This document shows, piece by piece, positions 1 through 9,426 of a stretch of DNA of 20,000 nucleotides (the first letter of the stretch is position 1; every line of letters starts with the position of its first letter). The translations under genes were made by a program, and so were the position numbers. Source of the stretch: Pachysolen tannophilus NRRL Y-2460 (lineage: Eukaryota); the NCBI GenBank assembly GCA_001661245.1, contig KV454011.1:2015087-2035086 (forward strand), written 5' to 3'. Below the pieces are notes generated by a model. It did not search any database, had not been told where the DNA came from, and was given only the letters and a program-made list of their open reading frames with translations.

Positions 1-251
1 GCTGATTCAGGCAAAAATATATAGAAGTCTTGAAGAAGACAAACCATTACGATATTTACAGTTCTTTTTTTGATTGAAGTCTTTGAATTTTTTTTTTTTT
101 AGCTTTATGTTTTTTAACTTCAGTTTTTTGGTTGAAACAACTGTTTCATGTAATTTCTAGTTTTAAAGGATTTTTCGATTCACATCTAAATATATTTTTA
201 TTTCTTCATCTTTACAATTGCAGTTATTTAAAAAGATATTGATTTTCTCGT

Positions 252-307
252 TATCTCATCTAAATAGGTTAAAAAATTTTCACTAAAAAATTTAAAAAAA
301 ATTTTCA
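252..307. promoter_or_regulatory. Ribi regulon promoter: PAC element plus two RRPE elements upstream of NOP13
   Basis: ATCTCATCT at ~253-261 (reverse complement AGATGAGAT, PAC core GATGAG). AAAAAATTTTCA at 271-282 and ~296-307 (RRPE). All lie 60-110 bp upstream of a nucleolar-protein ATG. Confidence 0.75.
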
Positions 308-364
308 ACTTTTTTTCTCTTAATAGTTAAATACAATAACTGATAGGTTTGAAACAGTCTTATA

Positions 365-1516
365 ATGGCAAAGTCAAATAAAGACAGTATAGATGATGTC
401 TCTGCTTCTGTTTCATCATCAGAAGTAATATCAGAGAAGAAACGTAATCTTGATGAGATTGAAATTGATCTTAGCCAAGCTACTCCATTATCTAAAAAAC
501 AGAAGAGATTATTGAGGAAAGGAAAACTAGTTACACCAGAGGTAACTCCTGTAGTGCTGTTAAATGAAGAAAAAGGAAAAAATGATGATGCAGAAACTGA
601 GAGCGTGAAAGAGAAGACGGAAAAGAAGAAATCGGACTATGGTATTTGGATTGGTAATTTATCATTTGATACCACTAAAGAAGACCTAATTAGATATTTA
701 GTGGCCAAGACTTCACAAAATCCAGTGTACACCACTGAAACTAATGATAAGGATATGGTCAAGATTGAAGAATCGGATATAGTCAGGGTGAATTTACCAA
801 AGGGTAAGGACGGTAAAATCAAAGGTTTCTCTTACGTTGATTTCAACACTTTGAATCACGTGATCACTGCTGTTGGACTCTCTGAACAAGCATTAAATGG
901 AAGGAACTTGTTAATTAAAGATTCTAATTCGTTTGAAGGAAGGCCGGAACCAAAAGCTTCAAGCTTTTCTCTGAGTGGCAAGCCACCTTCTAGAATCTTG
1001 TTTGTTGGTAATTTACCCTTTGATACAACAAGAGAACTTTTACAAGAGCATTTTCTGAGTTGTGGGAAGATAACAAAGATTAGAATGGCAACTTTCGAAG
1101 ATACTGGTAAATGTAAAGGTTTTTCGTTTGTTGATTTTAAAGATGAAACAGGATCCACTGCTGCTATTAAAAATAAAGTATATCATAAGTTGTTAGGAAG
1201 AACATTAAGATTAGAGTTTGGAGAGGATAGATCAAAGAGACATCCTAACCATATCAACAAGTCACAAAAACTTACAACCGAATCTGTTCCAAACAATGAT
1301 GTAGAATCTGTTGTTAAGCAAAGATCCAATATTGGAAGGGAAAGAAACAAGCCAGAAACTTTTGTTGAAAACAAGTTTGCAAAACGTGAACACAAAAACT
1401 TTCATACTGATTTAGCTCCAAATAAGAGACTAAAATCTTCAGTGGCATTGGCAGGTGCTCAGAGACAAAGTGCAGCCATTGTAGAGTCTAAAGGAAAGAA
1501 AATTACCTTTGATTAA
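365..1516 (+). CDS. NOP13: Nucleolar RNA-binding protein Nop13 (two RRM domains), 383 aa
   Basis: N-terminal PLSKKQKRLLRKGK. RRM1 has GIWIGNLSF...KGFSYVDF; RRM2 has PPSRILFVGNL...KIRMATFEDTGKCKGFSFVDF...LEFGEDRSKR. C-terminus ends GKKITFD. PAC/RRPE promoter; adjacent to a TDA7-like gene as in S. cerevisiae. Confidence 0.92.
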   Translation: MAKSNKDSIDDVSASVSSSEVISEKKRNLDEIEIDLSQATPLSKKQKRLLRKGKLVTPEVTPVVLLNEEKGKNDDAETESVKEKTEKKKSDYGIWIGNLSFDTTKEDLIRYLVAKTSQNPVYTTETNDKDMVKIEESDIVRVNLPKGKDGKIKGFSYVDFNTLNHVITAVGLSEQALNGRNLLIKDSNSFEGRPEPKASSFSLSGKPPSRILFVGNLPFDTTRELLQEHFLSCGKITKIRMATFEDTGKCKGFSFVDFKDETGSTAAIKNKVYHKLLGRTLRLEFGEDRSKRHPNHINKSQKLTTESVPNNDVESVVKQRSNIGRERNKPETFVENKFAKREHKNFHTDLAPNKRLKSSVALAGAQRQSAAIVESKGKKITFD

Positions 1517-1962
1517 ATTCAGCTGATACTTAGATTTTATCATATGTTTCTCTTTATTTTTTTGTATTTAAATATATAAATAATTCAAAAAATTCCAGTT
1601 GATTTTATTTCTATATATATATATAGTTGTAACTGTATAATAAAAAAAAGTGATTTGAAGACATTTTATAAACAAAGAGAAATGAAAGATAAGGCAATAC
1701 ATGTTAAAAAAAATAAAAAAAAAAAAAAAAAAAAAGTGGGTATAAAGAGTATGGGTATAGATAAACAAAACACTATGTCACATAAATATAGAGATTAAAA
1801 AAAGTTTCAAAAATGAAAATAAAGTAAATCTTTAATAACTAAATCTTCAGTATTTGGATATTTCATATTTCAATCATTCTTTACCTTTCCTTTCTTTTAA
1901 TCGAATAAACCTTGAATCTATATCCGTCATTCTTTTTTTTATTTTTTATCTTTTTTTTTTTT

Positions 1963-4290
1963 TCAAAGGCTGGAATCATCATTACTACTGCCACTTCCAT
2001 CAATACTGCTCAAGCTACTGCTTCCAATACTACTCAAATCAAGTAACATACTGTTATCATCACTGTTTCTATTGCTACTATTTGTAGAATTGCTATTTTT
2101 GTTATTACCACTGCTTAACCCTCCTGCACTATTTGTATTATTTCCTTTTTGCTTCTTGGTAGAGTCTCTTTGTCTTGTTGATGATAAAGTATCAAATACT
2201 ATCACATCTTTATTATTATCACTGAACACATTAGCTTTACTATTATAATTTGCCCTTCTCGATCTTGGAATGGGTGGTATTGGAGGTTTCCGCTTGGTAT
2301 TACTTGCAGCATTGAGTGGAGTTAAAATGCCTTGCTTCTGAGGAAGTTTACTTCCGTCAATTTTTAATCCGACGTTATCATATCTAGTTGAGTTTTTCTT
2401 TGTATAAGTAGTAGTTGATTTAGGAAGTCCTCCTCCAGATCTCACGTTATATGTATCAATACCAGTTTGATCCATATCTTTTTCCTCTGAATCATTAGTA
2501 TGCGAGCTGAAATCTTCTTCATATAACACATCCATCTGCCTAAGAGTAGGTGAGTTTGCATTGGAATTAATTACATCTGATTGACTCGAAGGTGGTGTGT
2601 AATGATCATTATTTTTATAATGATTATTGGCCAACATAGTATCTACCTTTAAACTACTAAGACTGAATTTCTTGGAAGGATTCAGAAGACCCTCATCATT
2701 TCCACCTTCATTCTCTTCATTTTGTAAAATATTTTTTGACAATCCAATAAGTCCAAATTGACTGTCTTCGGATGATCTTCGTGAAGGCATCTGTGGGCGT
2801 AACGGGGATCTATTCTTTGTGTTGGAAATATATTCAAATCCAAAATCTTCTTCGTTTAAATTTGAGCCATACGTTGTATTTGCAGCTCCATTTCCTCTTG
2901 TACCATCATTGTAAATAGATTTTTCATTTAGTTCACTTGAAGAGCCCATCTTATGAGTTGAATTTGATGACACTCCTCCTCCTCCTCCAAATATTCCTAA
3001 AAATGATAATTTTGGATGACTATTTTTATTTGTTTTATTCTTGTTGTTAAATGACAATGGTTTAAAAATACCAATATCAAATATGCTCTTATGAGTTTTT
3101 TCATCCGTGGTGAATGGATTTTCTGGATCTAGTATATTAAAATCATCATCCACTACTACATCTCTACCTGTAGCTGTTGTGGTTACATTATATCTTCTCC
3201 TCTTTGCTTTAACTTTTCTTCTTCTTAAAACCCATAAAAGTAATAATAAAAGGAAAAGTCCAACAACTCCTCCTACAACTCCTCCTGCAATCTTGGGAGT
3301 ACGATCCGTATTGCTACTCTTAGCTGTACTTGAAGTACTAGCAACCCCTGATTCATGGGCTAATACACTTTGGAAATATGAATAATCAGTCACTATTGGG
3401 CTAGCACTATATGATGATGCAGAAGAAGGAGTGGAATATGAATCGTAAGAATATGTCACCACTGTTTCTGTGGGTATATCTGTTGTGAAAGTAGTTGATG
3501 CATCTGTTATTATATACTCCTGTGTATAAGAAACAGTTTCCAGTGTGGTTACATATACATCCAGAGCTGATGACGAAGAACTTGAAGAAGAACTTGAAGA
3601 AGAACTTGAGCTCGAAGAAGAGTCTGTGGAAGTGGATGCGGACGTCGATGATTTGGTTGAAGTTGAAGTTGAAGATGAAGTTGAAGTTGAAGTTGAGGAC
3701 GAAGTGATGCTGGACGATGTGCTTGATGAGGTTTTTGATGAAGATGACGATGCTGTTGATATCTCGGATGTTGAAATTGGGTAAAATGGACTTGCCAATG
3801 CCGCTGAATATGCCGAACTCTCATCCAGACTTCCGTTGGAAGATGCGGTGCTTGAAGTCCGTGTGGAAACTGTCGCTGTTGATGATGATAAGGATGATGA
3901 CGATGTCGATGTCGATGATAATGATGATGTCGATGTAAGTGACAAAGATGACGTCGATGACGTCGATGACGACACACTTATACTACTGGCACCGCTCTCA
4001 TTATCACTACTTTCACTAATCTCACTACTCGTTGATGAAGAAACTCCATTGCTCGTTATAGTGTTCCCGACACTTATACTTGTTTCCACTGCTGATGACA
4101 CACTCTCCGAGTTTGATGGTTCCAGCAAGGCTTGGCTTGAAGTAGTCAAGGAGGAAGAATCAGCAGTGACTGTCAGTGAACTCGATGTCACCGTCGATGA
4201 AGACGCTGTTGACGATTCCGTCGCAGCACTCGAAGACGAATCATCCTCTTCTATATACAGACTTGTTGAAAACGTAGCAGTGTTTTCAAT
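1963..4290 (-). CDS. TDA7: Tda7-like single-pass membrane protein: Ser/Thr-rich ectodomain, one TM helix, long cytosolic tail; start site unresolved
   Basis: Frame open from 4290 to the TGA at 1963. YTQEYIITDASTTFTTDIPT resembles the juxtamembrane block I recall from S. cerevisiae Tda7. TM IAGGVVGGVVGLFLLLLLLWVL (3226-3291) is followed by RRRKVK. Neighbour of NOP13 (YNL175C/YNL176C synteny). No in-frame ATG until 2949. Confidence 0.75.
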   Translation of the reverse strand: MENTATFSTSLYIEEDDSSSSAATESSTASSSTVTSSSLTVTADSSSLTTSSQALLEPSNSESVSSAVETSISVGNTITSNGVSSSTSSEISESSDNESGASSISVSSSTSSTSSLSLTSTSSLSSTSTSSSSLSSSTATVSTRTSSTASSNGSLDESSAYSAALASPFYPISTSEISTASSSSSKTSSSTSSSITSSSTSTSTSSSTSTSTKSSTSASTSTDSSSSSSSSSSSSSSSSSSALDVYVTTLETVSYTQEYIITDASTTFTTDIPTETVVTYSYDSYSTPSSASSYSASPIVTDYSYFQSVLAHESGVASTSSTAKSSNTDRTPKIAGGVVGGVVGLFLLLLLLWVLRRRKVKAKRRRYNVTTTATGRDVVVDDDFNILDPENPFTTDEKTHKSIFDIGIFKPLSFNNKNKTNKNSHPKLSFLGIFGGGGGVSSNSTHKMGSSSELNEKSIYNDGTRGNGAANTTYGSNLNEEDFGFEYISNTKNRSPLRPQMPSRRSSEDSQFGLIGLSKNILQNEENEGGNDEGLLNPSKKFSLSSLKVDTMLANNHYKNNDHYTPPSSQSDVINSNANSPTLRQMDVLYEEDFSSHTNDSEEKDMDQTGIDTYNVRSGGGLPKSTTTYTKKNSTRYDNVGLKIDGSKLPQKQGILTPLNAASNTKRKPPIPPIPRSRRANYNSKANVFSDNNKDVIVFDTLSSTRQRDSTKKQKGNNTNSAGGLSSGNNKNSNSTNSSNRNSDDNSMLLDLSSIGSSSLSSIDGSGSSNDDSSL

Positions 4291-4418
4291 TTATTTTATT
4301 TTATTTTATTATTATTTTTTTTTTTCATTTAAAGGCGCACTAGCTCAGCATATTTTTTATTTTTATTTTTATTTTTATTTTTTTTATTTTTATTTTTTTT
4401 TTTGTCTCTTATGCATAA

Positions 4419-4425
4419 TGTTTAC
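4419..4425 (-). promoter_or_regulatory. Forkhead (Fkh1/2)-type site GTAAACA upstream of the TDA7-like gene
   Basis: TGTTTAC on + strand. The S. cerevisiae TDA7 promoter is annotated as Fkh2-bound. Short motif, so it could occur by chance. Confidence 0.4.
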
Positions 4426-4702
4426 CACAACAAACACATCATCACCTACGACTTAAACAAATACTAAATCAAATAATGAGATCTATGAGTGTATCTGAAT
4501 ATGTTCAGTATTGGTATCTGCTTGTAATGGCCTTAAAAAATTAAGCGCCCTGAATGAATAATCCTGTAATTAGGAAAACTTGATATCTAAACCTTGTAAT
4601 GGCTTGAAAATAATTAAAAAAAGAAATAAGCAAGTCAAAAAAAAAACAAAAGGAAGAAAATAAATGAAAAAAATACTTCTTCAATATCAGTTAAAAATCT
4701 TT

Positions 4703-4830
4703 ATATATATAATGATATATATATATATATATATATAAACTAGTAGCAAAAGCTGATTGGTAAAACGAAGGAATATCTATACATATACATATATATGTAT
4801 ATATATAGATTGAATATATATATATATCTA
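4703..4830. repeat. (TA)n microsatellite cluster
   Basis: Several TATATA runs, e.g. 4715-4737 and ~4779-4827. Similar runs occur near 8091-8119, 9731-9757 and 13636-13659. Confidence 0.85.
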
Positions 4831-5364
4831 TCTTATTTTGTTTAAATAAATTATTGTTATATTATTGTTATTTTATTCAAATATTAAAAGCGCAGAAATT
4901 TAATCTAAAACTTGGGTAGTGTGCGTTTTGACAACTTTCTAAATTAGGAATGTTACAATTTCATCTCGAATTGCACGCCAGGAGAAAACGAGTTCAAAAA
5001 AAAAAATTTGAAGGCGGAAATTTTCTTGGTCAAACGGGCGGGCAGGCAGGCAAGTAGGCACCCAGAGAGACAGACAGATAGAAACAGGTATACGAAACAA
5101 ATTAGTTGTACTAGTTGGACATTTGGCTAGAATAAAAAAAAAGAAATCTTAATAAATCTTAGTAAGTTATGGTGGTCTAGATGATGGTCTAGATGATATA
5201 TATATATTTAGATATAACTAACATATATAATTAAATAAATAAATTTATTTTTTAAAAAAAAAAAAAAAAAAAAAAAAGAAAAGAAAAAAAAATTGGCAAC
5301 CGTATGATTAATGTGATTTATAGGTTTGTTCTATACTGTAGAATTTTCTTAATTTCTTTTTTTT

Positions 5365-7575
5365 TTAAACATTTTCTTCTACAATTTCTTGCCAAACCCA
5401 TTTTCTCCATAGTTCACCACTTTCAATGATGATATTTTCAATGTCTCTTAAGGCCATTGTTGATTTTTTATGTTTATTCCCCGGTGGTGTCATTGTAAAT
5501 GGGATTGCAGGTGGTGGTAATTCGGATTCGTTGGTAGTAACGTTTTCATTACCACTACTATTAGCACCACTTTTAATTTCATCTTCAAACAATTTTTGAA
5601 ATCCATCCAATTTCGATGACGATGTCTTATTTAAAAATTCTCTGATTTCATTTTGTTCCAATTCCAAGATTGCAAATTCTTTTTGTTTTAAAAAAGATAA
5701 TGAAATAAAAACTATTTGTGTATGAGCATCTAAAGTACTATAAGGAACTTCGCTATTGTAATCAGTGATTGGTTTATCATCGGGTGAAGAATTGGATAAA
5801 TACGACGATTTGTTCAAAGATAACGATGATAATAATGATTTGAGAGATTCTCTTCTATTACTACTCTTATTATCCATATTTTCCTTTTTTAATTGTTCCT
5901 CGGAATATAATGGGTGCCAATAAATATCTGGACCTAATAAGGTCAATATTTCATCATCAATAGATAAATCATCAATTTCTTCTTGTAAATTTGATGTCTT
6001 TATATCTTCGTATAATCTCCATCCTAATAACATATCCCAAATTCTACCTCTATCTAACCTAGACCACACTTTGGCACCACACCATTTTAACCAAAAGATT
6101 ATCCAATCATCATTCTTAGTTGAAGGCGAATTTAAAATGTCTTCTTCAGTGAAAAATTGTGAAAGTTCAGGTAAAAGTCTTCGAAGACAATATAACATAA
6201 AAGAAATCCTCTCATCTGCAGTGCCTCCTTTGATTGGTAACGTTGCGCGCAACACATTTAACATGTTTGTGGAAGAAGTTTCTGAAAAATCTTCTTCATT
6301 TTCAATCCCATCTTCTTCCACATAATCCCCGGCACTATCGTGTAAAGTCTCTTGTTCTCCTTTCATCTCTTCTTCTTGTAATTCAGGTTTTGGTTCTGGT
6401 GAATGTAAAATCACTAATACTAATCTTTCATAAACTTCTGAAAATGACATATTCTTGAGATGACGATGATGTAATGAATTGTTATTCGTGTTCGATGACG
6501 AAACCGAACTGTTATCGTTGGAGATATTATACGAATATGAACGTGATGGTGATGATAACGCTGTTGATCCAATACCAATGTCTACAGACCTTTGACTTTG
6601 GGTTTCGTCAGTTGGGAATGGTTGCTGATAATCATAAAAATCATCATTTATATTCTTCAATACGGTCCTACCGTATTTTGAAACCTCATCCCTACCACAT
6701 AGCACATAATTTGTACCAAGTATTGGTGGATACCATTCAGCTAGCCCTAAAGCAACCCAAGTTAATCCAGAATGATAATTAATTAACGATCCCCATTTTT
6801 TGAAAAACTTGAGAATCGAAGACTCTAATATGCTAAAAATGTGTTGTTCAATTTCATTAAATTCTTCATTTCTTTTGATTTTCTCATTACTGTTCCCATT
6901 CCCCGGTACTTTGCCGTTCTCATTATTATTCCCATTTCCATTCCCATTCCCATTCCCAATATTGTCGTTATCATTAGTGTTATGGCTGTTTCCAACATCT
7001 ATATAATGATTGCTTCTTTTAAAATACTTTTTCAAATCATGATGAATTTTTTTCTTTAAATTCTCATTTTCCTTATCTGAATCAACCCCCGCACTTTGTC
7101 CATTCTTATCATTATTTTCATCTATATAGTAATTATCATCATCGTCATCATCATCACCATCAACTTCCACATCGGGAGTAATATAAGGTTTTAACACAAA
7201 TGGATGATTTCTAAGTAATAAAGGCCATATCTTACACCTTAAATGAGGCGGCAACCCACGCTGTCTAGCAATCAAAGCCAATCCAGTAATATTCTTAGTC
7301 TCCAAATAATATTCACACAATGCCATTAATTTTGGTTCATCCAAAATAGAAGCCCTACCTTTATATTTCATCTTTGGATTATTAGTCAAATTCATTGTGT
7401 TTGTAGTGGTCGTAGTTGTCGATGTCGATGGTGACGATGCCTGTGATGAGAAAAATTGCTGATCAACATTTCTCATATCATTTTTAGGAAAAAATGAAGG
7501 TGTCAACGATGATAATGGTTGAGTTCGTATTTTTGAAGGTTGAACATTATTATCCGAATCCGTTGCCGGCGACAT
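5365..7575 (-). CDS. OCA5: Oca5 (oxidant-induced cell cycle arrest protein 5), 736 aa, with Asn/Gly, Asp and Thr low-complexity inserts
   Basis: Motifs GLALIARQRGLPPHLRCKIWPLLLRNHPFV, YHSGLTWVALGLAEW, LLPELSQFFTEE, DDWIIFWLKWCG, GRIWDMLLGWR and IIIESGELWRKW match my recollection of Oca5. ATG in AAA-ATG context. Confidence 0.85.
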   Translation of the reverse strand: MSPATDSDNNVQPSKIRTQPLSSLTPSFFPKNDMRNVDQQFFSSQASSPSTSTTTTTTNTMNLTNNPKMKYKGRASILDEPKLMALCEYYLETKNITGLALIARQRGLPPHLRCKIWPLLLRNHPFVLKPYITPDVEVDGDDDDDDDNYYIDENNDKNGQSAGVDSDKENENLKKKIHHDLKKYFKRSNHYIDVGNSHNTNDNDNIGNGNGNGNGNNNENGKVPGNGNSNEKIKRNEEFNEIEQHIFSILESSILKFFKKWGSLINYHSGLTWVALGLAEWYPPILGTNYVLCGRDEVSKYGRTVLKNINDDFYDYQQPFPTDETQSQRSVDIGIGSTALSSPSRSYSYNISNDNSSVSSSNTNNNSLHHRHLKNMSFSEVYERLVLVILHSPEPKPELQEEEMKGEQETLHDSAGDYVEEDGIENEEDFSETSSTNMLNVLRATLPIKGGTADERISFMLYCLRRLLPELSQFFTEEDILNSPSTKNDDWIIFWLKWCGAKVWSRLDRGRIWDMLLGWRLYEDIKTSNLQEEIDDLSIDDEILTLLGPDIYWHPLYSEEQLKKENMDNKSSNRRESLKSLLSSLSLNKSSYLSNSSPDDKPITDYNSEVPYSTLDAHTQIVFISLSFLKQKEFAILELEQNEIREFLNKTSSSKLDGFQKLFEDEIKSGANSSGNENVTTNESELPPPAIPFTMTPPGNKHKKSTMALRDIENIIIESGELWRKWVWQEIVEENV

Positions 7576-8261
7576 TTTAATAATATATCAACCGTTCTTT
7601 AATCTTGATCTAGTTCCAACAAAGAAACGTTAAAAGAATAAAAAGACAAATAACAGGTATATAAACTCCTATTGATAGATAGACTTATATATCCAGCCTG
7701 TCTCTTTAATTCTATATATTTTTGATTATATAAATAGTTTCTGTTAAATTGTTTAGTACGAAATTTTGGAAAATTTTTTCTTTTTTTTTATGTTTTTTTT
7801 TTTATGTTTTTTTTTTCTTTGCTTTTTTGTTGATGTGATTTGAGCAGAAACAGAAATTTTTAAAAAAAGGTCTTGTGATGAACCACCTAAAAGTGATAAA
7901 TCAAAGAATAAGATAAATCAAAAGATATTAAGCTTAGGCACAATTGATAAGAAGATATATAATGATCAAAATGATCTTTTTGAAAAAACTTGTAATTGCC
8001 GAAAACTAGTTGTGGGAGTAAAAAAAAAAAAATAATAATAGTAAACCAATTAAAAATCACCAAAAAATAATTAAGAAAAAAAAAAAAATTATATATATAT
8101 ATATATATATAATATATATCCATATATTAATGCTGTAAAAACCCACCAAAAAAGAAGCAACCCATGAACCAATCTCTCTCTTGTAGAAAATAAAAATAAA
8201 AATAAAAATAAAATAAAATAAAAAATTCTCTAAATACTCAAAAAATAAAAAAAAATAGAAC

Positions 8262-9158
8262 CTAAACCAAAACCATTTCCTCATTTAATAAATTTCTCTC
8301 AATGACAAATTTATCAATCTTATATTCCTCTCTTTCATTATCTGTCTTAACATATTTCCATCCTAAGTTGTAACCACATTGTTTACAATTCAAATCACAA
8401 ACTTCGTAAGAACCAGTAATCATTTCTTTTTTCTCCAACATTCCCAATTTACAATTAATGATTTTATCCACCAAAAAAGCTGGACCTGATTTACCTCTAA
8501 AGTTATCACTTATAACTAAAGTTGATAAACAAATATGATTATGACAATTTTTACACGTGTACAATGTCTTGATAAAACTATTGCTTCTGCCAATCCCATT
8601 TCCAGAACCATATGGTGGGGACTTAATTGTGGCAATCAGTGCGGCCGCTGCCAGGGCAGATGCTGCAGAACTAGCTGCAGAACTGGCCCCAGAGCTGACC
8701 CCAGAGACGGAACCTGGGACGGAACCTTGAGCGGAAAGCTGGGCGGAACCGTGGGCGGAAACCGCAAAAGCAGAACTCCTACTACTGCCGCCACTTTCTT
8801 CCGCGGAAATAGCGGTTAAAGTACTTGAATCTCTATCCCCATTCGGCATCTCTTCATCTTCATATTCGCCATCAGTGGTATATTCTTTAATCTGATCACA
8901 ACTTCTATTCCGCAGATAAAAAGTAGTGACTATATAACAGTTATTAAGTGTTTTGTACATTTGCTCCACCTTATAAATATTGCTTCTATCTGTAAAATAA
9001 TCATTATCATCATCATCATCATCATCATCTATTAGGGTCTTTGATGACGATGAGCTAAAAGTCCTCTTATCCTTTTTCTTATTCTTATTCTCAATCAATA
9101 TATCGTTTGAAGTACGTAAAGCAGTGGTCTTGAAGCAATCCGGGTATAGCAAGCCCAT
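8262..9158 (-). CDS. MOH1: Yippee-family zinc-binding protein (Moh1-like), 298 aa, with a long N-terminal insertion
   Basis: Starts MGLLY. C-terminal Yippee domain YTCKNCHNHI...ISDNFRGKSGPAFL...MITGSYEVCDLNCKQCGYNLGWKY has two CxxC pairs. Family call is firm; exact orthology to MOH1 is less certain. Confidence 0.8.
   Translation of the reverse strand: MGLLYPDCFKTTALRTSNDILIENKNKKKDKRTFSSSSSKTLIDDDDDDDDNDYFTDRSNIYKVEQMYKTLNNCYIVTTFYLRNRSCDQIKEYTTDGEYEDEEMPNGDRDSSTLTAISAEESGGSSRSSAFAVSAHGSAQLSAQGSVPGSVSGVSSGASSAASSAASALAAAALIATIKSPPYGSGNGIGRSNSFIKTLYTCKNCHNHICLSTLVISDNFRGKSGPAFLVDKIINCKLGMLEKKEMITGSYEVCDLNCKQCGYNLGWKYVKTDNEREEYKIDKFVIERNLLNEEMVLV
8661..8766 (-). repeat. Degenerate GC-rich 12-bp coding minisatellite (Ser/Ala/Gly tetrapeptides)
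   Basis: GGAA(C/A) recurs every 12 nt at 8709, 8721, 8733, 8745 and 8757. GCTGCAGAACT occurs twice 12 nt apart. Encodes SAHG-SAQL-SAQG-SVPG-SVSG-VSSG-ASSA-ASSA. Confidence 0.7.
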
Positions 9159-9426
9159 ACTCGTGGTTCTTAAAAATCACTTATCCAAATCAATCTCAAT
9201 CAAAAATGATAAATTATCCAATCGACTATAGGCGCTTAAGGGTATCTCTTATCTACTTATATTTTCAATGTCTCCAATGTTTCTTTTTTACAACTAATTA
9301 ATCTTCTTAAAATGATATTTACTTGTATTCATACTTATAATATAATAATAATAATTACTCAATTACTCACACTTTAACCGTTTTGCCTTAAAACAGTAAG
9401 AAATTTTTAAGAAAAAAACAAATTAA

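Noticed and set aside
857..864. TCACGTGA Cbf1 site (also CACGTG near 8554)
   Set aside because: Inside coding sequence, far from the MET5 promoter, with no CDEII/CDEIII context.
1568..2087. Short Phe/Ile/Tyr-rich ORFs here and at 7887-8284, 10653-10926 and 15504-15728
   Set aside because: Translations of poly-T/(TA)n intergenic tracts or antisense overlaps.
3107..4456. Plus-strand acidic ORFs (3107-3385, 3545-3784, 3836-4456) and alternate-frame His/Arg-rich ORF 3549-3977
   Set aside because: Shadows of the Ser/Thr-rich TDA7 frame (TCN/ACN codons read antisense or off-frame); no independent motifs.
4960..5030. GAGTTCAAA as a tRNA B-box
   Set aside because: No cloverleaf or A-box, and it lacks the downstream C of the consensus.
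5174..5197. GGTCTAGATGAT x2 and TTGTGGAA x3 (14961-14986)
   Set aside because: Short slippage duplications; no spacer structure, terminal inverted repeats or LTR features.
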